A stretch of 58,830 nucleotides of DNA, taken from positions 1 to 58,830 of IMG/VR virus record IMGVR_UViG_3300021185_000238. One strand, 5' to 3'. This document shows, one piece after another, positions 26,689 to 35,153 of this stretch. Below the pieces are notes generated by a model that was not told the origin of the DNA, ran no database searches, and worked only from the letters and a program-made list of their open reading frames with translations. The translations under genes were made by a program, and so were the position numbers. This DNA comes from a virus. Its lineage: Duplodnaviria; Caudoviricetes. Within the stretch, counting starts at the first letter, position 1. Each line of letters opens with the position of its first letter.

Positions 26689-26879
26689 AAAATCAAAAAT
26701 TGTTAAACCTGCTACAAGCTGATGCGGTTGATTACTATCTCCGCCAAGGGCACTCAATTGAGACCGCCAGATATATGGCCACCTATAACCACGCTGAACA
26801 TATTGACAAATCACTTGAAGACGAATGGTTAGCATTCGAGAATCGCCAGCATGCAATACACGGACTCGATCCTTTTTAA
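26685..26879 (+). CDS. early hypothetical protein
   Basis: 64-aa ORF followed by a terminator. Confidence 0.65.
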   Translation: MKNQKLLNLLQADAVDYYLRQGHSIETARYMATYNHAEHIDKSLEDEWLAFENRQHAIHGLDPF

Positions 26880-26895
26880 CTCCCCTGCAATCCTT

Positions 26896-26920
26896 GCCCC
26901 GCTCCGGCGGGGCTTTTTTT
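26896..26920 (+). terminator. rho-independent terminator
   Basis: GCCCCGC-TCCG-GCGGGGC followed by a T7 tract. Confidence 0.9.
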
Positions 26921-26939
26921 CGCCCCGAGAAAAGTCGTT

Positions 26940-27139
26940 TGATACCAGTTCTACATCTGCGTAGCGCATAGCGTATTCGTCTGATACCAGTTCTACATCT
27001 GCGTAGCGCATAGCGTATTCGTCTGATACCAGTTCAGAATCTGCGTAGCGCATAGCATGGCACGTTAGCGCGTGGACGTTTTTGGTTTGTATACATATGT
27101 ATACATTTCTCTGATACCAGTTCAGAACCTGCGTAGCGC
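26940..27139. repeat. 42-bp tandem repeat (3 units) plus a fourth spaced copy; core TGATACCAGTTC-N5-CTGCGTAGCGC
   Basis: Cores start at 26940, 26982, 27024 and 27112; the 12-mer recurs at 34343. Confidence 0.9.
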
Positions 27140-27141
27140 GT

Positions 27142-27431
27142 TGTTACTTTTACAATGTTACTTTTTTTCTTGTAATGTTACCGCAATGTTACCTTTTTTT
27201 CGGCCAAAAAGTAACAATACAAAAAGTATCTAAACGTGCTGTTTCGTGACAGTGCATGACTAGGCATGTGCGGAAAATGGCCTTTTTTATACTCTTTTTA
27301 ATAAATAATTTATAATGTTACCTTTTACAAAAATAGTATCCGGCGTTCAAAAAATTCTCCCTTTGTTACCTCCCCTTTCACCTTAAAATAATACCCTCAT
27401 ATTTCCACCAAAAAGGTAACAAAGTAACATT
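27142..27431. repeat. cluster of nine TGTTAC/GTAACA motifs around an AT-rich tract (candidate replication origin)
   Basis: AATGTTAC at 27154, 27174, 27185, 27314; TGTTAC at 27142, 27364; inverted GTAACA at 27211, 27416, 27424; AT-rich ~27285-27340. Confidence 0.55.
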
Positions 27432-27529
27432 GTATAAATATCAGTAACTTACAGACCACACGTAGGTACACACTGGTACAACGTAGTACACTACACCGCT
27501 ACACACTAAACAACACGTTTGTGTACCAT

Positions 27530-27557
27530 TTGACATAAGCCGCCATTCCTGTATAAT
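27530..27557 (+). promoter_or_regulatory. consensus sigma70 promoter for the early operon
   Basis: TTGACA-16 nt-TATAAT, both hexamers perfect. Confidence 0.85.
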
Positions 27558-27619
27558 GGTTTTAGTAGGTCGAGTTATGGCCTTCGGGGCGACACAGCTA
27601 AACGTGTCAACACAAACTA

Positions 27620-27665
27620 AATGTATACATATGTATACAAATCAATCGGAGCAATACAGTTATGA
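27620..27665 (+). repeat. 46-bp leader (palindrome + RBS + ATG), identical to 27867-27912
   Basis: aatgtatacatatgtatacaaatcaatcggagcaatacagttatga occurs twice; variants precede 29265 and 32253. Confidence 0.9.
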
Positions 27666-27868
27666 GCGAAGCACTGAGGCACGCGGAGATTCACCACCAG
27701 AACGAGGTGCGTGAGATAGTTGGTAAGCAGACCCGCGAGTTGAAAGAAATGTCCCTTGTACTTAAAAGTGCAGTCGTTGCATTGCACAAGGGCAAAGCAG
27801 ATGTTGTAGACGCGCTATTGGAGCAGGTCATATACGACATAAGCAAGAAGGTCGAAAAACTAAACTAA
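27662..27868 (+). CDS. early hypothetical protein (helical)
   Basis: 68 aa, GGAG RBS, flanked by 46-bp direct repeats. Confidence 0.7.
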   Translation: MSEALRHAEIHHQNEVREIVGKQTRELKEMSLVLKSAVVALHKGKADVVDALLEQVIYDISKKVEKLN

Positions 27869-27908
27869 TGTATACATATGTATACAAATCAATCGGAGCA
27901 ATACAGTT

Positions 27909-28847
27909 ATGAACAATCTAAATCAAATGGTAGCAACAACAGCACCACAGGCAAGCGCACCATCAATCGGATCGAGTGCCATGTTGGGAGAGTTGAAGAT
28001 CAGTTGCTGGACTGGACGCAAGAAAGACAAGTCAGCATCCGCATCAGTGACGAGCCAGAACTACGCCGATAATGGTACGGCATCAGTCAATAAGAAGTTA
28101 CTGGGTAACTGCGACGAGTTAACCGCCATACAGAAATTCGTGGCCAACGCACGCAACATCCACTACAGCATGACAATGCCATGGAGTGATCTGGGTATGC
28201 GACTGTTACCGACAGCGCAGTACTTCAAGTACCACCAACAGATGACCGAGTTGCAAAGCGAGTTCGAGCGCATGGTCGATACGTTCTGTAACAACTACAC
28301 GTGGGAGGTGAGCAGGGCACAGGCACGGATCGGTAGTTTGTTTCGAGCCGATGACTACCCTAGTGAGTGGTCGATACGTGAGAAGTTCGCGTTCAACATC
28401 TCGTATATACCGCTACCCGAGGCCGGTGACTTTCGTGTGGACGTGGGCAACGAGCAACGTGACGTGTTGGAGTCACACTATAACGAGTACTACAGTAAGC
28501 AGTTGGGGTCTGCCATGCAGGATGTGTGGGATCGTACGTACAAGGCTCTGTCTAATATGTCCGAGCGACTAGACTATGGTGGCGATGACAAGAAGAAAGT
28601 ATTCCGCGACTCGCTAGTGGAGAACGTGCTCGACATGGTAGAACTACTTACTGTGTGTAACGTGGCAGGTGACAGCCAGATGTCCGAGATGGCGCGTAAG
28701 CTAGACGACACACTACGCGGGGTCACTCCCGATGGGTTGCGCAACAACGAGGGGTTCCGTGCCGAAACCAAACGGGCAGTGGACGATGTACTGAGGCAAG
28801 TACAGCCCCAAACTGGGCACGGCCTACTACCATCATTGGGGATGTAA
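27909..28847 (+). CDS. conserved early protein (DUF3150-like)
   Basis: ISCWTGRKKD, TMPWSD.G.RLLP, F...DYP and FRDSLVEN; this type of gene commonly precedes AAA/vWA pairs in phages. Confidence 0.6.
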   Translation: MNNLNQMVATTAPQASAPSIGSSAMLGELKISCWTGRKKDKSASASVTSQNYADNGTASVNKKLLGNCDELTAIQKFVANARNIHYSMTMPWSDLGMRLLPTAQYFKYHQQMTELQSEFERMVDTFCNNYTWEVSRAQARIGSLFRADDYPSEWSIREKFAFNISYIPLPEAGDFRVDVGNEQRDVLESHYNEYYSKQLGSAMQDVWDRTYKALSNMSERLDYGGDDKKKVFRDSLVENVLDMVELLTVCNVAGDSQMSEMARKLDDTLRGVTPDGLRNNEGFRAETKRAVDDVLRQVQPQTGHGLLPSLGM

Positions 28848-28849
28848 TC

Positions 28850-29026
28850 ATGGATAAAAAATATTCAATCGCAGTGTGGGACATACAGTTCTACAAAGTA
28901 GACGAGGACGGCAACCCACTCACTGATAACAAGGGCAACGTCCAGCTATTCACCGAGGGAGGCAACATGGACTTATCGTATGTAGCTGAACACGTTACTG
29001 ACGATGAGTTATGGGAGGTAGAATAA
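28850..29026 (+). CDS. 58-aa acidic hypothetical protein (below ORF-track cutoff)
   Basis: MDKKYSIAVWDIQFYKVDEDGNPL...ELWEVE; TAATG overlap with the next gene. Confidence 0.65.
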   Translation: MDKKYSIAVWDIQFYKVDEDGNPLTDNKGNVQLFTEGGNMDLSYVAEHVTDDELWEVE

Positions 29027-29214
29027 TGTATTACGTTGAAGCCTATGACTCAAACGACCGTCAAATACTGGGAAACCTTGACGGTCAAACGGTGCTACGT
29101 GTGCGCAACTACAAGCGCACCAAGCACTACAAGAACCTACGCACGCTACGTACGCCCCGCGTGTCGTATTACAAAATCGTGGCCGTTGATGGCCGCATTG
29201 TTGAAACGCTGTAA
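29026..29214 (+). CDS. basic hypothetical protein
   Basis: MYYVEAYDSNDRQILGNLDGQ...; GGAGG RBS; start at 29026. Confidence 0.65.
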   Translation: MYYVEAYDSNDRQILGNLDGQTVLRVRNYKRTKHYKNLRTLRTPRVSYYKIVAVDGRIVETL

Positions 29215-29264
29215 CTAAACTAAATGTATACATATGTATACAAAACAATTGGAGCAATACCATT

Positions 29265-30347
29265 ATGAATACACAAGCTATGTACGCATTATCGCTAGAC
29301 CAAATCGCCAACGCTATCGCTACTGTTGGCCACCAACGCACCATACTCGTACAGGGTCACATGGGTAACGGTAAGTCATCACTGCTCAAGACGTTAGCAG
29401 ATAGATTCCCTGACCACGTGCCATGTTACTTTGACTGTACCACAAAGGACTTGGGTGACATCAGCATACCGTCACTCAATACCGATGAGGGATACGTGAC
29501 ATACCTACCCAATGAGGAGTTCGGTATACATCACGGCAAGCCACTAATAATCAACATTGATGAGTTAGGTAAGGCGAATCCATCAGTCAAGAATGCCCTA
29601 AACATTACTATGTTAGAGCATAAGGTAGGTAATAAGAAGTTACCAGAGGGTAGCATTGTGTTTGCTACTACCAATCTAGGTGCAGAGGGTGTGGGCGATT
29701 TGCTACCACCACACTCACGTAATCGCATCACAGTTGTCACAGCACGCAAGTCTACCAGTGACGAGTTTATCGACTGGGGTATCAGCAACGGTGTCGATCA
29801 CAGTGTGCTAGGTTTCGTGCGCGAGTTCCCGCAGGTGTTGCAAGGCTTCGAGGACGTGAAGAACCCCGATGACAACCCGTACATCTTCCACCCCAAGCAG
29901 TCGCGTGCCGCGTTTATCACCCCAAGATCATTGGAGGCCGCGAGTGACGTACTCAAGTTACGCGATCAGTATGACGATCACACCCTGACAGCTTTACTTA
30001 TGGGTACTATCGGTGATCGTGGCGCTATGGATATGATGGCGTTTGTGAAGCTGGCCGACCAACTACCGAGCCTACAGTCTATCAAGGACGACCCGCTCAA
30101 TGCCAAAGTACCCGAGTCAGCATCAGCCGTGTGCATGACAGTGTTCCGTGCTATGGGTGCGATGCAACGTGACTGGGTCGATGCGTGGGTGACGTACATG
30201 CAACGTCTCGACAAGGAGGCGCAAGGTCTGTTCGCCAATGGCATACGTGCTAACTCGTATGCGCACCGCGATGTTGTGATGCAGAGTAAGGAGTTCACCG
30301 CGTGGGCTATGCAGAACAACTACATGTTCGCAAGTGACAAGGTATAG
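29265..30347 (+). CDS. MoxR/dynein-related AAA+ ATPase
   Basis: Walker A GHMGNGKS, Walker B INIDELGKA, sensor ATTN, arginine finger RNR and TPRS. Confidence 0.85.
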   Translation: MNTQAMYALSLDQIANAIATVGHQRTILVQGHMGNGKSSLLKTLADRFPDHVPCYFDCTTKDLGDISIPSLNTDEGYVTYLPNEEFGIHHGKPLIINIDELGKANPSVKNALNITMLEHKVGNKKLPEGSIVFATTNLGAEGVGDLLPPHSRNRITVVTARKSTSDEFIDWGISNGVDHSVLGFVREFPQVLQGFEDVKNPDDNPYIFHPKQSRAAFITPRSLEAASDVLKLRDQYDDHTLTALLMGTIGDRGAMDMMAFVKLADQLPSLQSIKDDPLNAKVPESASAVCMTVFRAMGAMQRDWVDAWVTYMQRLDKEAQGLFANGIRANSYAHRDVVMQSKEFTAWAMQNNYMFASDKV

Positions 30348-30357
30348 GAGAGATACT

Positions 30358-31617
30358 ATGTTGACTATAGGTAAACAACTTACTGCGGAGGAGCGACTGT
30401 CTAAAGCAGTCGTTGCCATCATGGGACACCCGAGATACACAGCACTAGCAGGTGTGTTGATGATCGGTGAGAAAACTATCGAGGACGATGTACCGACAGC
30501 CTGTACCAACGGGCGTGATGTGAAGTACGGACGTGCATTCGTTGATGGACTGACCGATGCCGAATTGCGTGGGCTAGTACTGCACGAGGACGAGGGGCAC
30601 AAGCTACACCGCCACCTTGAGATATGGAAGTGGATGTATGAGATTGATCCGCATCTAGCTAACTGCGCGTGTGACTACGTTATCAACATCAAGATCGTCG
30701 ATGACAACAGGCAAGATGGGTTCGCCGAACTACCCGAGGGTGGGCTAGTCGATGAGCGGTTCCGTGGTATGGACAGCGCACAGGTGTTCAACATCCTACG
30801 CAAGGAGCAGGACGAGCAGTCGCAAGACGATCAGGGTGATGGCTCACAGGATGACGAGTCAGGGGGTGATGGTGAACCTTCCAGCTCTCCCGGTGGTGGT
30901 GGTAGCGCAGGACTTGACGAGCACGACTGGGAGGGTGCGCAGTCTCTATCCGACGAGGACAAGCGTGAGTTGGCGCGTGACATTGACGAGGCTATACGTC
31001 AGGGTGCTATGGCCGCAGGTAAGATGGGTGGTACAGGCAACCGCGATCTCGACGAGTTACTACAGCCACAGATTGATTGGCGTGAGGTGTTGCGTGAGTT
31101 CATACAGAACACGTGTGCAGGTAGCGACTACTCTACATACGCTCGACCCAATCGCAGGTTGATGAGTCAGGGTATCATCATGCCTAGCGGTATCAGTGAG
31201 AAGGTGGATGAGTTGGTCATTGCCATTGACACGTCAGGCTCTGTCGGACAACGAGAGTTGACAGCGTTCCTGTCTGAGGTCAAGGGTGTATGCGACACAG
31301 TCAAACCTGACAAGCTACGCCTACTGTACTGGGGTAGCAGTGTTGTGGGTGACGAGGCATACGGCATGCACGAGTTAGACAATCTGGTCAAGTCTACCAA
31401 GCCTATGGGTGGTGGGGGTACCGATGTCAACTGCGTCACGCAGTACATGGCCGCCGAGGGTATCAAGCCTCAAGCGTGTATCGTTCTGACCGATGGCTAC
31501 TTGTACTCTGGATGGGGTGATTGGACTTGTCCCGTACTCTGGGCGATACTGGACAACAAGAGCGCAGTGCCCGATGAGGGTAAGGCAGTACACATCAAGT
31601 CGAGGGATATGCTATGA
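30358..31617 (+). CDS. metallopeptidase-like (DUF2201-type) + vWA domain protein
   Basis: PTACTNG, LHEDEGHKLHRH, N.ACDYVIN, acidic linker, MIDAS DTSGS, GGGGTD and LTDG; start at ATG 30358. Confidence 0.85.
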   Translation: MLTIGKQLTAEERLSKAVVAIMGHPRYTALAGVLMIGEKTIEDDVPTACTNGRDVKYGRAFVDGLTDAELRGLVLHEDEGHKLHRHLEIWKWMYEIDPHLANCACDYVINIKIVDDNRQDGFAELPEGGLVDERFRGMDSAQVFNILRKEQDEQSQDDQGDGSQDDESGGDGEPSSSPGGGGSAGLDEHDWEGAQSLSDEDKRELARDIDEAIRQGAMAAGKMGGTGNRDLDELLQPQIDWREVLREFIQNTCAGSDYSTYARPNRRLMSQGIIMPSGISEKVDELVIAIDTSGSVGQRELTAFLSEVKGVCDTVKPDKLRLLYWGSSVVGDEAYGMHELDNLVKSTKPMGGGGTDVNCVTQYMAAEGIKPQACIVLTDGYLYSGWGDWTCPVLWAILDNKSAVPDEGKAVHIKSRDML

Positions 31618-31901
31618 CAGCAAGGTTGATAAAGTTTATGGGTTCGCACCCTGAGTTAACAACAGGACACATGTACTCCGCGAGGGACTACGCGAAGGTT
31701 GCGAACATCAAACCAAATGCTATGTCTACTAGGCTACACAGAGTGTTTGAGGTGTATAACTCGCATCTGCGCCCTATGTATCAGAACTATGACTACGAGG
31801 GCAACGCTATCAACAGGTCAGCAGATCGCCCATTGAAGAGTTCTTTCGATACACATGCAGAGAAGTTATCAGGTGAATGGTTAAACAGGAGATTGATATG
31901 A
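31614..31901 (+). CDS. hypothetical protein, possible HTH
   Basis: 95 aa; SARDYAKVANIKPNAMSTRL resembles a helix-turn-helix; ATGA overlaps. Confidence 0.55.
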   Translation: MTARLIKFMGSHPELTTGHMYSARDYAKVANIKPNAMSTRLHRVFEVYNSHLRPMYQNYDYEGNAINRSADRPLKSSFDTHAEKLSGEWLNRRLI

Positions 31902-32110
31902 GCGATAACAATTACAAACAAGCCTCAAAAGATTGCCTCCGGTCAACTGCGGAGGAGTTACGTATGGAGTGGGCAGATGCTGTCAACACTATAGACGAGG
32001 CGTTGGAGTTCTACTATGACCACGTTAGGGATACACCAGTGGACAGTGACTATGACCGCAATGACGTGGGGACAGTGCAACGTGCGTGGCAACGCATACA
32101 ACAGGGGTAA
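31898..32110 (+). CDS. hypothetical protein
   Basis: Start at ATG 31898 after AGGAG; ends AWQRIQQG. Confidence 0.65.
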   Translation: MSDNNYKQASKDCLRSTAEELRMEWADAVNTIDEALEFYYDHVRDTPVDSDYDRNDVGTVQRAWQRIQQG

Positions 32111-32113
32111 GGT

Positions 32114-32209
32114 ATGGACGATAAAAAGAAAGAAGACTACGGGTATAGAGTACTCGCGCTGTGTGTACTTTTTGCATACCTAGTAGTAAATCAAATGGTA
32201 ACTAACTAA
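32114..32209 (+). CDS. 31-aa membrane peptide
   Basis: MDDKKKEDYGYRVLALCVLFAYLVVNQMVTN; fills the gap before the next leader repeat. Confidence 0.45.
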   Translation: MDDKKKEDYGYRVLALCVLFAYLVVNQMVTN

Positions 32210-32252
32210 AAGTTATAACACGTGTTATAACAAAACAACTCGGAGCAATATT

Positions 32253-33140
32253 ATGGCTATGTATAATTATGGGCTAGACAGTTTCACGCACGTGGAACAT
32301 TTGTATAACAACACCAAACCAATCAGGGGTACTAACATAGTGCCTCTCGGGGATCGCAGACGTAAGTGGGAGTGCATCATTAAGGTGTCCCCACACCAGT
32401 ACGTGTTATCAGATTACGGTATTCAAGTGAACTATGCCTCCGCCACCCCAGCAGTGGTCTGGACTCGCAATGCCGATGGCACTGACACAGTGCAATTCCG
32501 TAACGAGTGTGGTGACGGCGCACACAATGGCAGGTACTCGTTCCTTGCGCGGTGTACGCCTACGAGCATGAGATTCATTGTGGATAGCGGCAAGCAGTAC
32601 ATACATTATGACGGGAGCCGCTACTACCTACCCAAGGGTGTTGATAAGCCCGTAGCGTTTACCAACGGTAAACAGAATTCAGTCGCAGGGCACCGACACA
32701 ACGGGGCATGGGCATGGGGGTTGACGACCGATCCGCACCCTGTACCCGTCATACGAGTACGTGTTAACAAGGAAGCCAAGGCACCGTACAAGAAAGCTAT
32801 CGACGAGTACTTGCACTGGGCGTGGACTATGACCCCGATACTTGAGGGCACTATGGACTGGGACTCAAACCGCGAGGCAACGCGGGGCGCTAGTGCAGTC
32901 AAGGGTTACACGTTTAGAGACATGCTAATGGACGATCAACACGAGCAACGTACCACTATGGTACACGCGTTCCTGTGTGAGTTAGCAGATAGCATGGGTA
33001 ACAGATACTGGTCTGGGTTTTCTGACAAAAACGTCAGCCTGACAAGTGACCCTAAGAAGTTCCGCACCAAGTTCAACGCGTGGATCAACTACTATGGCGA
33101 GTTCAATGAGTCGTTTGAAGAATACAGAGAGGTGAAATAA
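32253..33140 (+). CDS. conserved early hypothetical protein
   Basis: 295 aa, Y..TKPIRG...PLGDRRRKWE; preceded by the variant palindromic leader. Confidence 0.75.
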   Translation: MAMYNYGLDSFTHVEHLYNNTKPIRGTNIVPLGDRRRKWECIIKVSPHQYVLSDYGIQVNYASATPAVVWTRNADGTDTVQFRNECGDGAHNGRYSFLARCTPTSMRFIVDSGKQYIHYDGSRYYLPKGVDKPVAFTNGKQNSVAGHRHNGAWAWGLTTDPHPVPVIRVRVNKEAKAPYKKAIDEYLHWAWTMTPILEGTMDWDSNREATRGASAVKGYTFRDMLMDDQHEQRTTMVHAFLCELADSMGNRYWSGFSDKNVSLTSDPKKFRTKFNAWINYYGEFNESFEEYREVK

Positions 33141-33141
33141 C

Positions 33142-34068
33142 ATGGCTGAATCACATTATTCGTACAACGAGGAGGGGAAGTACTGTTTATATACAGTTGC
33201 TGACGTACAGAAGATTGCCCTGCCTTCACCCGTAGGTAACGCGACAAACCGTTACGAGTTGAATTGGTTTATCAATGAGATAAAGAAAGCCTTCAGAGGT
33301 TGTGAGGTACGCCCTGACAACGAGGACAATAGTCGAGACATGGTGTATCACGTTTACTACCCCGAGGACGAATACACTATGGGTTGGATAGACGTGGGGT
33401 TCTGTCATACCAACGAGAAGATGGTGTACCGTGTGTACAGTAGAGACATAACCAATAACAAGCACAGCAACTACTCTTCGGAGTTCCGCACAAAGATCAC
33501 TGCCCTACAGGGACAGGCCAAGCAGAACGCAAAGAAGTACTTGCGCAGATGTACGCACAGCGAGGTAGTGCTTGCCAGCAGGACTAAGTGTAGGAGTGCA
33601 TTAATGCACGCGGTAGATGATACTGAAACTAAGCATGGCACTGCGTGGACGCAACTGCTCGGTGCGAGGTGGGACAAGACAAATGAAGACAGGTGTACTC
33701 CAATACTCAATGAGATGTACATGCTGTTGGACTCTGGACATGAGTTCATGGATAAGACTGTGCCAGATAACCTAACGTCTCTACGTGTGGCCAAGGAGGT
33801 GAAAGATCAATCCAAGGCTGACGCAGAGATGCCTATGTATGCTGTACGAGTATACGAGAGGTTAGGCAAGCAAGCGTTCGATGTGTGTCCCGTGGGGGAT
33901 ATGCACAATATGGAGAGGACTAGGCTGTTGGAGTTTGATACTTACTACGGTGACTTACCCGATGGCGTGCTGGGTAAGCTGTCTACTCTATCTATATGTG
34001 GGGTGGGAGACTACATACCGCAGGTTGGGTATCGCCACAGTGAGGCTCTGTTCTATGTCACACAGTGA
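33142..34068 (+). CDS. conserved early hypothetical protein
   Basis: 308 aa, ending LPDGVLGKLSTL..C..GDYIPQVGYR. Confidence 0.75.
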   Translation: MAESHYSYNEEGKYCLYTVADVQKIALPSPVGNATNRYELNWFINEIKKAFRGCEVRPDNEDNSRDMVYHVYYPEDEYTMGWIDVGFCHTNEKMVYRVYSRDITNNKHSNYSSEFRTKITALQGQAKQNAKKYLRRCTHSEVVLASRTKCRSALMHAVDDTETKHGTAWTQLLGARWDKTNEDRCTPILNEMYMLLDSGHEFMDKTVPDNLTSLRVAKEVKDQSKADAEMPMYAVRVYERLGKQAFDVCPVGDMHNMERTRLLEFDTYYGDLPDGVLGKLSTLSICGVGDYIPQVGYRHSEALFYVTQ

Positions 34069-34333
34069 TACAATATGGGACGATCCGACAGAGATGCCTA
34101 ACGCTTACCGCGTTTCTACGCTGGGATACACTAACAGTATCGAGGTAACGTGTTTAGGTATGAATTGTGTTGACTCGGAGTGTGAGGGGTTATATGATCT
34201 GGATGAAGATGTACCGGAGTGGCTTGAAGAAAGGCTCTCGGTGCTGATGATGTGTGACCCTACACCGCCCACCGAACCTGTAGAGGGTATTGGTAGGCGT
34301 ATCGACGAGCACACGTTTTGGGTATTTAAATAA
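34055..34333 (+). CDS. hypothetical protein
   Basis: Start at ATG 34055. C-terminal PEWLEERLSVLMMC...VEGIGRRI...FWV parallels the C-terminus of the preceding protein. Confidence 0.65.
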   Translation: MSHSDTIWDDPTEMPNAYRVSTLGYTNSIEVTCLGMNCVDSECEGLYDLDEDVPEWLEERLSVLMMCDPTPPTEPVEGIGRRIDEHTFWVFK

Positions 34334-34374
34334 CAGAGGGACTGATACCAGTTCTCGACGAAAAGGAGAGGGTT

Positions 34375-34662
34375 ATGGCGATGACGCCAGAAGGGAAGGT
34401 TAAGAAGAAGATCGTTGAGCAACTGAAAGCGTTAGGGTGCTACTACTTTTTCCCTGCTACTGGGGGATACGGTAAGAGCGGAGTGCCTGACATAGTAGGT
34501 TGCTACAACGGAAAGTTCTTTGGGATCGAATGTAAAGCGGGTAAGAACACACCAACAGCTTTACAGGAGAAGAATCTCAGAGAGATAAGCGAAGCGTACG
34601 GAATCGCGTACGTAGTTAATGAAGACAACATGAACGATATTAAACAAATCCTCGGAGGATAG
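34375..34662 (+). CDS. VRR-NUC / Holliday-junction-resolvase-like nuclease
   Basis: TPEGKVK, GVPDIVGC, FFGIECKA and TALQ. Confidence 0.85.
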   Translation: MAMTPEGKVKKKIVEQLKALGCYYFFPATGGYGKSGVPDIVGCYNGKFFGIECKAGKNTPTALQEKNLREISEAYGIAYVVNEDNMNDIKQILGG

Positions 34663-34663
34663 T

Positions 34664-34993
34664 ATGAGTATTAATGACGCAACACCAGCCGATTGGGATA
34701 GGCTACGTGGACTCGGCCCTGCCCTAGAAAAGACTGGGCTAGAGCATTGGGGCACGGCTATAGCCGACACGTCCGATGATATGGTCAACCACCCCAATCA
34801 CTATACCTATGGCAATATCGAATGTATTGAGGGTATAGAAGCAAGCATGACTGCCGAAGCATTCCAAGGGTACTGCAAGGGTGCCTGTCTGAAATACCTT
34901 TGGAGGTACGAGCGGAAGGGCAAGCCGTTAGAGGACTTGCAGAAAGCGCAGTGGTACCTAAACAAGTTAATAGAGGTTATGGACTATGAGTAA
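34664..34993 (+). CDS. DUF3310 family protein (T7 gp1.7-like putative nucleotide kinase)
   Basis: VNHPNHY...IECIE...KYLWRY..KG..EDLQKAQWYL. Confidence 0.85.
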   Translation: MSINDATPADWDRLRGLGPALEKTGLEHWGTAIADTSDDMVNHPNHYTYGNIECIEGIEASMTAEAFQGYCKGACLKYLWRYERKGKPLEDLQKAQWYLNKLIEVMDYE

Positions 34994-35153
34994 GGGTAGC
35001 CGTCAGCGCCCTACAGCCGCTACGTTCAGGGATAACTGGGATAAGGTGTTTGGGGATAAGGAAGCCCCCAAGCATATCACCGAAGCCGAACACAAGGCAG
35101 ACATGGAAGTAGTGGACATAGAGGAGGATGAAGATGGACTTGATAACGGTTGA
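34986..35153 (+). CDS. 55-aa hypothetical protein (below ORF-track cutoff)
   Basis: MSKGSRQRPTAATFRDNWDKVFG...; overlaps both neighbours. Confidence 0.6.
   Translation: MSKGSRQRPTAATFRDNWDKVFGDKEAPKHITEAEHKADMEVVDIEEDEDGLDNG

Noticed and set aside
26829-27053. 74-aa ORF with MRYADVELVSDEYA repeats
   Set aside because: It is the translation of the 42-bp DNA repeat, crosses a terminator in antisense and has no RBS.
26940-27139. CRISPR or TIGR-like guide array
   Set aside because: Intervening sequences are identical or nearly so rather than unique spacers, there are only four units, and no Cas or Nop-domain gene was recognised nearby.
27878-28072. 64-aa ORF starting within the palindrome
   Set aside because: Its ATG is part of the repeat element, and it overlaps the better-supported 27909 gene, which has the RBS.
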